A DNA stretch of 62,010 bases, the filler included, from Choristocarpus tenellus KU-1152 (lineage: Eukaryota; Protista; Phaeophyceae): assembly GCA_964200185.2 (NCBI GenBank). It is 8 parts of 8 records of this genome, joined end to end, with 100 filler letters (N's around TTAATTAATTAA, not from the genome) between each part and the next. Parts side by side here need not be neighbours in the genome. Positions count along the whole stretch, not along the records: positions 9,934 to 34,808 come from CAXNAD020000197.1; positions 34,909 to 38,694 come from CAXNAD020017937.1; 6 more parts are not named here. One strand, given 5' to 3'. The notes beneath the pieces are model-generated. The model saw only the letters and a list, made by a program, of their open reading frames with translations. It was not told the origin of the DNA and ran no database searches. The position numbers and the translations under genes are program-made. Below, piece by piece: positions 27,330 through 38,479 of the stretch; position 1 is the stretch's first letter; every line of letters begins with the position of its first letter.

Positions 27330-30300
27330 ATGGGGTCATTTAGGTGAGGAGGGGAGGCCTCTTTACAGGGATGAGAGAAAATAATAACTAGTAGTCATGG
27401 CAGTTCAAGTGTAATGCGGACTTGAAATCATTTCCAAGAATCACAGAGGTGTGATCTGCCAATTATCTCGTAGCAAGGTTACTTGACTCGAGAAGGACCA
27501 GTTCATTTGGCCGAGCTGACTACATATTGACCACCCACTTCCCCCATCCCATTTTATTAATCTCCATCTCCCTTTTGTCCTATCCTGCGGTTACCATCGT
27601 TTTGCGATCATGACTATACTTTGATGTAGTTCCCATGCAAGACAAACCTGCCCGCATGGTCAATTCTTTTCATTTTAGCGACACAGGATTATTAATCCTT
27701 GTCATAGGATGAGAGCCGTCTTGTTCAACTTCTGGACTAGTCACCTTTCACGTGCTGAGATCTTTGATCTGTATTGGAATCGGTAAACATGTGACATGGC
27801 TTGTGATTGTCCCAGCAAATGAATTGCATCCCTTGAACTTGATTGCCCCTCAACATTGATCCTATATCGAGATAGGCATGTATCAATGTTTCTTTTTCGT
27901 TGCGTTGGCTTCGATTTGTAGGGTGGCTACCCTGGCCCAATCATTACTCCCTTGACGAGTACAGTTCTGCGATTCCAATAATCACCAATGACAGGGTTGC
28001 CATTATGTATGGATCCCAGACAGGGAATGCTCAATCCATCGCTGAGGGCATTCATGAAGGTTGCAAGAACAGAGCACTGGATAGCACTCTGCTGACTTGC
28101 AATGGGTGGAAGAAGGTGGGCTGAACTGACATGGTGGACAGTGGTGTGAGGCAATGTGTTTGAGGTCGAGCAATTCTCTAGTGATATTCACCAATGTCCT
28201 CCCCTCCACCATGCATGGCCATCTCGACATTCTCAACAATCTATTAGACCCGTTTCCTTCTGATGTGGGGAGTAAGGAACTCTTCTTTTTTTGCATTTTC
28301 GCTTTGTGCCTGTAACTGCTGGCAACCCCTGAGATTCGAGATTGTGGTTACAATTTAGGACAAGTTGATGTATCACTGGAGTGTCTGGAGAGGCTTGAAG
28401 TCACCTATGTTAGAATCCTGAACAGAGTTCAAAGCGGCAGTATACCGTGGTCCTACTTATAGCAGACATACTCCAATGTATGCACCAAATGTCTTGATTG
28501 TGACATGGTTTAACACTCACTTAACCCAATCATCTTGTCCCTAACCCCTGCCGTAACCCTAACCCTAACCCTAACCCTAAGCTATTATGAACATGTCTTG
28601 GCTGTGTCGATGTTAGTTAGGGTTAGGATGAGTGATCTCTGCAAACCCCGTGTATCTTCGCACTTTCTAGTTTCAATCCTGCACATGAGCATTCAAGAGG
28701 AATGCTAAAGATCCTATTCTGTTCATGTTCATTTTCCTGATATTGTTGTCCCCTCCTGTTGTTGCTTTAAAGTTTGATACATCAATCCACCAAAACCACA
28801 TGTAGAACAGTGTACAATAGATAGAGCGTTATAGGTGATAGATGCGGTCGCTCTCTCCATCCTCAAAGCCTTGCCAATTGACAGTTACATGATGTAAAAT
28901 ATCGGTTGGACTACGTAGATGACAGTTATATCATATAAATGACAGTTACATCCTGCGGTTCCACCTTTGATGGTTAGCGTCAATGGCACCAGAAATGTTC
29001 ACTGTGGATAATGCAAAAGTAACCCTAACCCTAATGCAAAAGTCAAGGTTACTCTGCCTCCTATCACAGCCAAGTTCCAAAATATGTATTGTAAGGGTTA
29101 GGGTTAGGTTTAGGGTTGGTGAAAAGTGGAAATGTTCACGCAGTAATACTTGAGTTCAATATGCACAACATACAGATTACAGACATGTTAGTACCGCTCA
29201 CGATTTTTGTAGCAAAAATAATGGGTGTTTTCCAATTAGGATTAAGGTTAGGATGTGAACTGTTTACTTTTGATTAACATGTAAGTATTAACTTGATCTC
29301 AGCTCCTCCGAGTTGTATGCCGTTGAAACAAATGGTAGCATTAGACCCTCAATATTCCCTATTTATCACTAACATTATTGTCACTAACACTATTATCACT
29401 ATCATTATAATCATTGTCATTATAATCACTATATTTTGTTCATGGTACTTTTCCCACTCATCATGCGTGTGCAGATGACACCAGAGCTCAAGGAATGGGG
29501 AGCTGTAGTGTTTGTTGTCTCAACCACCGGGAATGGGGATCCCACTGAAAATTCAGATCGCTTCTGGAGGTTAGGGTTAGGGTTAGGTTGGGGTTAGTAG
29601 GTGCCACTTGACTGAATAGAATAATTTCAGTCCCATCCACCATTGAATATTTGAAGAGAATGTTCCTGTCAACAGGTAGTCTTAGGGTTAGGGTTAGGGT
29701 ACAACCTGGTCAAACCCGTGAATATTTTTTTTAAGGTTACATTCTCTCCAACTCAGAATTAGACAAAGTGTAACTGTTTTTTTGTTTTTCTTTTATTTAT
29801 TTATTAATTATTATTATTCTTGTTAATTGATTCATAAAGACCAGTGTCATGATCTGTGAGATGGTGACATTAGCGCACTTCAACAGCAACAGGCCAATTT
29901 GGCAATGGCGACATTTACACTAACCCTAACCCTAACCCTAACCCTATGGTGATTCCAGAACAGCAAATGTCTGTTTTAAATCTTTTCTAGCTTAGTTCAT
30001 GTGGGCTTTTTTGGAATATTTTTATTTTTTAAACCTAGAGGTCTAACCCTAACCCTAACCCTTACCGATCATTTTCTTCTGTAAGGGTTAGGGTTAGGGT
30101 TGAGGGTCATTACGGCTATGGTGAGGTTGCTTCTTTTATTTTTGTAGTGAATAATCAGAATAATAATATCTTCACATTCTTTTAATCTGGTTATCTTCAC
30201 CCACGCTTTGGAACTGTGACTTTAATTTTTTTCTAATTTTAAAATACTGAAAAAACGCATGATCTATGCACTATTATTTTCATTTTATTATTTTCATGTT

Positions 30301-33300
30301 CTCACAGTAATAGTTCATGTGCAGTATTTCCAAGTAATATTAATGTTCTTAAGAGTCTTCTGTGGTCACTACAGTAATCACCTCCAATCATTACTCTAAT
30401 GCCAACTCCCAGCTTGCCCTAACCCTAACCCTAACTCCCCTTAATACCTATCTTAGAGATTAAAGCCCCTAGTGTACCAGTGACTGAAATATCTCTATTG
30501 ACTGTTTAGTACAATTGGACAAGTTAGTGCACACTACAAAAAGGATTCAACTGTATGTCAATGTTAGGTTAGGGTTAGGGTTAGGGATACTGCATGAAGG
30601 CATGCCTCGTACTATTTGAGCTCATGGGGGCATATTGATTACCCACTGTTAATATATTATCATATTTTTTTCCATCTCCCATAGCCCAAAGTGTTTAACC
30701 TCACTAACATATTCTGTAGCAATAATTGTAAATTATTATTTAAATTGCTATTTTAGTATGAATAATAAGAAAAATTGGTTAGGGTTAGGGTTAGGGTTAG
30801 TATTATCAATAGAGTAACATTGGCCTTGAATCATCACTCATGGATCCTACTGAGTGTGTAAGGCCTTATGTGGGTTTTGTGTATATGTTTTTTTCAGATT
30901 CTTGAAGAAGAGGAGTCATCCCAAGGATCTTTTCAGTGGGCTGCCCTTCACTGTCCTTGGCCTGGGGGACACCAACTACGACAAATTCTGGTAGACATTT
31001 GAAGAGATTGATTGACATTTGAAGAGATTGATTGACTGAGTTGGTTGATGTAGATTGATTGGTTGATCCTCTACGTGTGAGTGCATGTCTCTATGTGTCT
31101 ATGTGTGCATACTTTTGCATATTAAGGTTAGGGTTAGGGTTAGTAGTAATGACATCATATGGTGACACAGTTGTTGTATTGGAATCAATTCTCGTCTTGG
31201 AGTATTAGGGGTAGGAGGTTTGCTGTTGACAGAAGTTATCTGTTGTGCAAAGTGAGATATGTGATGGGTAACAGTTTAGGGTTAGGGTTAGTATTGTGAT
31301 GGTTACGTTTTTTTCATGTGGATCATGTGACTTGGGGTTAGGGTTAGGGTTAGGGTTAGGGTTAGTGTCACAGTCCCTCTGCTCTCGGAAAATTTTGTGC
31401 TGTGCAATGTGTCACGTGTCAATTTTGTTCAATACTGTTGAAGTTTGTCCTTAGACTGTAGTTATTTTGGGCTGGGGGGGTGCTTCTGGAAAATGAATTA
31501 ATCTCATTGGGTGAGTGTGAACGCAGAGGCTGTATCACTTTTTAGCATGATTTTACTAGAGTATCACTTTTTAGCATGTTTTTACTAGAGTAGTTTGCAC
31601 TGGGTACGGCAGCCTGGTATGACTAATGAAGACATTTAACTTTTGTCCTAAGTAGCTTTATTTATCACTGCATCTTAGTATCAACTTGATTGGTATTCCT
31701 CATCTGAGGTTAAATTTCCTTTTGCCTTACTATGGTAAGATGTGTCACTGTACTATTTCTATGTCAAGAATTTATCATATTTTTGTAAGTTGGTATGCTC
31801 TTTTATTTTAGGGTTAGGGTTAGAACTAGGGTTAGGGCTAAGCAATCTGTCATCACTGGCCCGCAATGATACTCCCCAAGGCAAACCTTTACATTGCTAA
31901 TCTTCACTCATCACTCCTTGTCGGGATGATCTGTTATTGAATAGTGATTGAATATCCCCATCCTCTATTTTAACAGTTACATGGGCAAGGGGGTCAACAC
32001 TAAGATGGTGGAGGTGGGTGGTATTTCATTCTACAATGCAGCCTTTGCAGATGAGGCTACTGGCATGGAAGGCACAGTGGAGCCATGGTTAGAAGGGCTA
32101 TACCCTGCTCTTGAAGCATTGGCACAGGGGAGGGAAGGACATTCTCCAACAGCAATTGATAACAACATAGAGCAGGTGTGGAGACGCCAGGGAGGCATGC
32201 TGGATTTTTTTTGGAGGGGGGGGCATGATAGGAGAAGAAAGTAATTGTTTTGTTAGGGTTAGGGTTAGACGATTTGAAGTCAATTTACTAGGTTTTATTT
32301 GCCACGAAGGTTTTTCACTAACCCTAACCCAAGAGATAGTTTTGATTAGTTGACAAAAAAACGGATTTATGCTTGATAATAAAAAATGAGATAATAAATA
32401 ATAAAAAAAGTGCACACGGGGAAGGTGAACGCTACTGACAGTCATTACAAATTCAAGCCTTTTCTTTGTGCAAAACTTACCTGGTCTTCATGCAAACCCT
32501 TAACCCTAACTTGTTACACTGATGCACTAATGTATTGCTTCTTGCCTGACCCACAGTTGCTTTGCTTTATTTCCCAAATGTCACTAAACAGGGAGGGAGG
32601 GGGATAGGGTTAGGGTTATGGTTAGGGTGTACTGATGATAGAGTTGTTTGTCTAGAACTTGTGTGTTGTTCGTCTAGAACTTGTGTGTTGTGTGTCTAGA
32701 ACTTGTGTGTTGTTCGTCTAGAACTTGTGTGTTGTGTGTCTAGAACTTGTGTGTTGTTCGTCTAGAACTTGTGTGTTGTGCGTCTAGAACTCGTGTGTTG
32801 TGCATCTAGAACTTGTATATCATGCGTCTGGTAAGTGAGTGCAAGAATTGTTGAATATAGATCTGAATATAGATCTGCTTTACTTGGGACCTAACCCTAA
32901 CCCTAACCCTTTGTCACATGAAGACGTAAGAAACAATTAGTTGGAGTGCTATTTCTCCCCTGTATGTATCCAACACCATGTATTCCTTCACCCTTCCAGC
33001 ATATTCCTAACCCTAACCCTAATGAGTATATCATGTAACAGGGGCAAGCAGACCTACCAGAGGGGAATTGTGTGGGTTTGGTTAAACATGAACAGGTGGT
33101 GGTGGAGGGAAATACTGGACAAGAAGAAAAGGAAGCTGAGGTGAATACTACGCCTCTTGCTGGGCAAGTAAAGTACCCTGAAAAGAGCCTGGCAGATGGG
33201 TCTGAAGTACAGTCTGAAGTACAGTCTGAAGTACAACAAAGCACTGGGACTGTTGGGAAAGTATACCTCAACACAAAGACAGCGAAGGATGGGGGGGGGG

Positions 33301-33976
33301 AGAGCAAAACAAATGGTGACACTGGGGGAGCTCTGCTTGAAAAGACTCTGGTGCCAAGCTGTGGCAGGTATGTGTTTGTTGTGAGATTGAAATCACATGT
33401 TTTTTGTTGTGCTATCTCCTTCTCACATGGACAAATTATGCTGGGTACTGTGTGCTTGTCTCACTGCCTTTGTTTTTCAGTTTATTTATTTTTTATTTTT
33501 GTTCTACTTTGAAGTGAGTGAAATAGGATCAGGGTTAGGGTTAGGATTACTTTTAGTTCTTGTATTTCCTGTTATTTTCTATTTCCTTGAACAGTAATAA
33601 TAATAATAATAATAGTAATAATGAAGATTTGTTGTTTTGCTGTGCATTTGGAGAAAATGTTGGAGCTTTTGTTGCTTACATTTAGTTAGTATGTAGTTAG
33701 GGATAGGGTTAGTAATAGTTCCATGCATGCAGCCTGGCAGCAAGTAGTAATAGTCTCTACTAGTAACAATAACAATGGTAATAATAATAATAATAGTAAT
33801 AGCAATATGACAGTATCCATACCTCTTTTGCAATTTTGATGTTACTATCATGCAGGGTTGCTATCATGTATGGCTCTCAGACTGGGAATGCACAGTCTAT
33901 TGCAGAGCGCATCGATGAGGTTTGCAAGTCAAAGAATCTCAACAGTACACTTCTGACCTGCAATGGGTGGAAGAAG
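27330..33976 (+). CDS. Diflavin reductase, methionine synthase reductase-like, with two tandem flavodoxin (FMN-binding) domains; 3' end cut by contig end
   Basis: Exons 27330-27343 (MGSFR), 27995-28115 (VAIMYGSQTGNAQSIAE), 29475-29569 (VSTTGNGDPTENSDRFWR), 30898-30990 (VLGLGDTNYDKFC), 31977-32175 (ADEATGMEGTVEPW), 33042-33367 (linker) and 33856-33976 (second VAIMYGSQTGNAQSIAE). All phases are compatible. Confidence 0.85.
32645..32820 (+). repeat. 22-bp minisatellite (GTCTAGAACTTGTGTGTTGTKY), about 8 units, intronic
   Basis: Tandem units read directly in the sequence. Confidence 0.9.
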
Positions 33977-34199
33977 GTGACACATCAAACACTACTTAAG
34001 GAAGTACTTCCTTCTTCTCTTGACCAGAATGGTATTGGTCTTCATAAGTGCATTTTGTAACATATATTGTTATTGTTGATATTATTTTTTATTATTACCC
34101 ACTAGAAATGGGTTGGGTTTGTTGGATCTGGTATGTTACTCTGTCAATCCAGAGGTATTGGTAACAGGTAAAAGGAGATGAACAAAAATTGATTCATTC

Positions 34200-34271
34200 T
34201 TCTTATTCTTATTATCATTATTATTGTTATTATTATTATTGTTATTATTATTATCATTGTTATTATTATTA

Positions 34272-34312
<41 letters not shown>

Positions 34313-34320
34313 TATTTTTG
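34200..34320 (+). repeat. (TAT)n microsatellite
   Basis: Long imperfect ATT run. Confidence 0.9.
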
Positions 34321-34808
34321 TTATGGTAACAATGATTCTTGGTGTGTGTGACGTTCATAGGTAGGGTAGTCTTGGTTGAGTGTGTTATAACCCTAACCCT
34401 AACCCTAACCCTACGACTCCACCCACTGAGAGATGCTGACAATTGATGGGAAAAGGTTAAATGCAGACATTTATCATTGAGAGATGTTGACACTTCCTGT
34501 ACATGCACTGTGTGATTTGTGCTAATTTGATATTGACACTGTGTACTGGCCAAGGTGTGACAAGATGAAGTATTGTTCAAGTGTGAAATTGAGGTTAGGT
34601 TAGGGTTAGGTAATATTGGGGTGTGTATGAAGTGGAGTATACCCTAACCCTATCCCTATTATATTCTTAATTCCTTTGTTAGTGTTACTATTTAGTTGGA
34701 AGGTTAGGGTTAGGGTTAAGAGTGGGGTTCATCCTTGTGGATAATGATTTTGTTTCTTGTCCAGTAGTGATTGATGGACTGAGACAGACATGGCAATTAA
34801 CGTTCCCC

Positions 34809-34908
34809 NNNNNNNNNNNNNNNNNNNNNNNNNNNNNNNNNNNNNNNNNNNNTTAATTAATTAANNNNNNNNNNNNNNNNNNNNNNNNNNNNNNNNNNNN
34901 NNNNNNNN
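34809..34908. other. Artificial contig linker
   Basis: N44-TTAATTAATTAA-N44. Confidence 0.98.
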
Positions 34909-34994
34909 GGATAGTAAGTTCACTTTTCCCAGTCAGGGCCAGAATGGACACCCTGGTGTGATTCCCCCCCCCCACCCCTCTGATACTTTGAGCC
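34909..34994 (-). mobile_element. MITE family B, partial copy at contig edge
   Basis: cacttttcc...atggacaccctggtgtga...ctgatactttgagcc matches one end of the copies at 45966 and 60372. Confidence 0.7.
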
Positions 34995-35047
34995 TCATCT
35001 TAGATCAACCAAAGAAAAGAAATCATACACATAAATACATACATACA

Positions 35048-35079
<32 letters not shown>

Positions 35080-35422
35080 CATACACACATAGACATATAA
35101 ACATACACACTTTCGTAACATGTGTATAAAAAATAAAATAAAAAATCATCAAAGATTCACAAAAAATATACGTACGTAATTTTCGAAAATAAAAATAAAA
35201 ATATCAAAATTCCTTTTCCAACTCCACCCACAGCAGGGAACAAACTAACAAAGTAACAAACCAACAAACTACCCAAGTAACAAACTAACCAACTAATCAA
35301 CTAACAAACTAACAAGCTAACTAAAACTCTGAAGTGTAACCCAGTCAACACCTTCAAATACATCACACGTTCCTTCCAATTCCACTCCCATCCCTTCTTC
35401 TCCCTGTACCCTCTGCTTTCAC

Positions 35423-38094
35423 CTCCTCTGGCGACAGCCCCTCATCCTGCTCAACCTCATCTTCCATCTTGGAGGGAACAACATAATCCAGGCGCTCAAC
35501 CTGACAAGGTATTTTTTAATTTTTAAAAAAGAAAAAAATAAGAAACAAACGATAAAATCAACACCCGTGGGGCAGGGGGAAAACAAGCGACTATTGTAAT
35601 TGAGAATTATTAATTATTATTATTTGTACTGAAGTAACACATGTTAAGGACGACAGTAACCCTAACCCTAACCCTAACCCTTTACACTCACAGCTTGACC
35701 ATGTACAAAAACAGAAAATTCTAATAAAAACGTGTAAGTATTCCTTGCATCAAAAAAAAAGAAACAAGAAAGATGTTTTGACCACACAAAATGGTTCCTA
35801 TTTGTTTAGAAGAAATTTTAAAAAAAGAGATATTTTGATCACATACAAAATATTTTAATGTATCTACAAACAAAAAAACAGAAAAAATTAGTAAAATCAA
35901 ATATAATTTTCCCCACGTGTTTTCAAGAGTTCTTTATGTGTAATAAAAGATGTTCTCCGATCGCATATGTAATTATTCCTATTACGACTTTTAAAAATAC
36001 ACAAAATGAGATTAGATGCAAAGCCGACTGAGATTATGAACAAAACAAGAACATTTAAAAATAATAATTAAATCACAAAAATATCATAAACCTCCCACAC
36101 GCACACACACACACACAAATCTCACATATTTCTCTTCATACAAACGCCGTCCCAATCCTCATCCAACCCTCTCCACTTTCCCCTGCAAAGCTAAGAAAGG
36201 TATAACAGACCCCCCTCTTTCTCTCTCTCTCTCCATCCCCTCACAATATGTATCACAACATAACCTTTACAATTTTTTAAACCAACTACCAAAATGGATG
36301 CATCACCTCCTCTATACCTTTCAAAACCAACTACCAAAATGGATGCATCACCTCTTTTATACCTTTCAAAACCAACTAACAAAATGCATACATCACCTCC
36401 TCTATGTCTTTCAGAGTAACGCCTTCCCGGTGGAACAGTCCTCCATGTATAACAAAAACCTTCCCATGGATCACCGAACAAACAGGAAGATGGCGGAACA
36501 TCTCGCAGAACATGCTGTATAAAAATAAATATAAATATAAATTAATTAATTAATACAAAAATAAATAAATAAATATAAAACATATTTATTTATACATGAT
36601 AACAAGTAAAAACACAAAAAATAAAATAGTCGAGTCCAAAAAGAAGAGTGAAATAAAAATAAAAATACCAAATGTATTACACACACACACACACACACAA
36701 CCAGAGACAAAAGATATAATAAGACACACAAGATGAGGGGCAGGTAGACAGGCAGGAAGGCAAGCAGGCAATGAGTTTAACGAAAAATTTAGAACCGATT
36801 CTGAGGTGAGTGCAATAAAAATTACAATAATAATTGCAATAATTATGTCAATTGACCATATACTATACGGCGATATCTATTTTTATAAGCTTGATATTCA
36901 GTTGCAAGCAATATCTCATTAATATCTCCTGATATCGTTGATAAACTAACCACACTTAACATAACATTAACATTAACACACTTGCCATAACATCATCAAT
37001 AACACACTTACCGTGACATTAACAAACATTAACATACTTGCCATAACATTAACATTAACACATTTGCCATAACATTAACATTAACACACTTACCATAACA
37101 TTAACATTAACACACTTGCCATAACATTAACATTAACACACTTGCCATAACATTAACATTAACACACTTACCATAATATTAACATTAACACTTACCATAA
37201 CATTAACATTAACACACTTGCCATAATATTAACATTAACACACTTGCCATAACATTAACATTAACACACTTACCATAACATCAACACACACACGATACAA
37301 CTTCAACACACAAGCAACTTGGAGATCATCCCTCTTCAAGAGACAAAATATATAAATATATATGAAAAAGATAAAAAGCACTAAACAAAACTGCACAATA
37401 ATAACAATAATATCAATATTTCTTTTTATTTCTTTCTCTATTGATAACAGTATCAGTTCAAACACTCTTGTGTATCATAAAAATTCACCACATCACCAAG
37501 GAGGCGTTTCTTTCACTTTCAAATTCGATGAAGGCAGAATAGGTAGACTAAAAAAAATAGGCATTTTCACTCCCGCACGAGCAAAAACTAATCTTTTAAA
37601 AAAGTTTTATTTTATTTTTAAAACCTACCTTCAAAAAAAAGTATCTTCTTCAACTTCAACACAAACACAAACACAAACACACGTTCTTCTCAAAAAAAAG
37701 TTTTTAAAAAAATGTACTCTCACCGAAGACATCAAAACCCCTAACCCTAACCCTAACCCTATTCGATAATCAAACAGTGATCAATGCAGCAAGAGCATTA
37801 AATAGTGACCAAAAAAAAACTACTCAGCTAAAAAAAAAAAATATATTGTTATTACTATCATCATTAGTAGAGTAAGCAGTAGTGTTATCTTTAGGATGGA
37901 CAATCGTTTCTGTCACAAAAAAAAAATAGTTAATTTTTTTACTCTCTTCACCTGAAGATGACATCATTGTACTTGGCAAGACATTCCTTCTGGAAGCCAT
38001 AAACACAACACAGACCAAAGTCCTCGTGATTCCCCCTGTTCAGGAACACGCTCTCAGGGAAGACTGTTACGAGCAAAAACAGCATGATCAACAC
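35423..38094 (-). CDS. PPP-family Ser/Thr phosphatase, PPEF/RdgC- or PP5-like, internal exons only
   Basis: Exons 38094-37952 (FPESVFLNRGNHED...YGFQKECLAKY), 36514-36397 (FRHLPVCSVIHGKVFVIHGGLF...VTLKDIEE) and 35500-~35423 (VERLDY...). In-frame GT-AG junctions. Confidence 0.85.
36278..36413 (-). repeat. 45-bp tandem repeat x3 that copies an exon end plus 5' splice site
   Basis: Unit catcacctcctctatacctttcaaaaccaactaccaaaatggatg starts at 36301, 36346 and 36391. Confidence 0.8.
36955..37285 (+). repeat. ~26-bp minisatellite (ACATTAACATTAACACACTTRCCATA)n
   Basis: About 12 tandem units in an intron. Confidence 0.9.
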
Positions 38095-38479
38095 CTTTAT
38101 TTTTTTATTTAAAAAAAAAAAAAACACACACACACACACAACCGCGGGAAGGGGGTGGGAATGTAAAAAATAAAAAATAACAATAACAGTAACAGTAATA
38201 ACTTTGCGTCTCTACTACTAATAATAAAAATAATAATACTTCACAGATACTAGAAATAAAATAAAAATGAAAAAACAACAAATAAATAAAAAGAGCAATA
38301 ACCTTGTATCTCTCGTACTACTACTACTACTACTACTACTACTAATAATAATAATAATAATAATAACAATTCAAAGATACTACGAAGCCCAATCCGGGAG
38401 GCTAAATATATTCCATGTAGGGATGGGTTTTCTGTCCCTTCCTACCCACCCACCCCCCTTGAAACCGGCTACAGCTCGA

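Larger units (their letters stand above)
16976..34720. repeat. Dense field of short interstitial telomeric repeats (TTAGGG/CCCTAA)2-5, almost all intronic
   Basis: Roughly 65-70 short arrays by eye, in both orientations, e.g. 19043, 19934, 20405, 22527, 24167, 28555, 29570, 31335, 34388. None lies inside a reconstructed exon. Confidence 0.95.

Noticed and set aside
28538-28580. True chromosome end
   Set aside because: Arrays are short, internal, in both orientations and flanked by exons of one gene.
19040-34720. ORFs containing PNPNPN, LTLTLT, GLGLGL or VRVRVR
   Set aside because: These are translations of telomeric hexamers in introns, not proteins.
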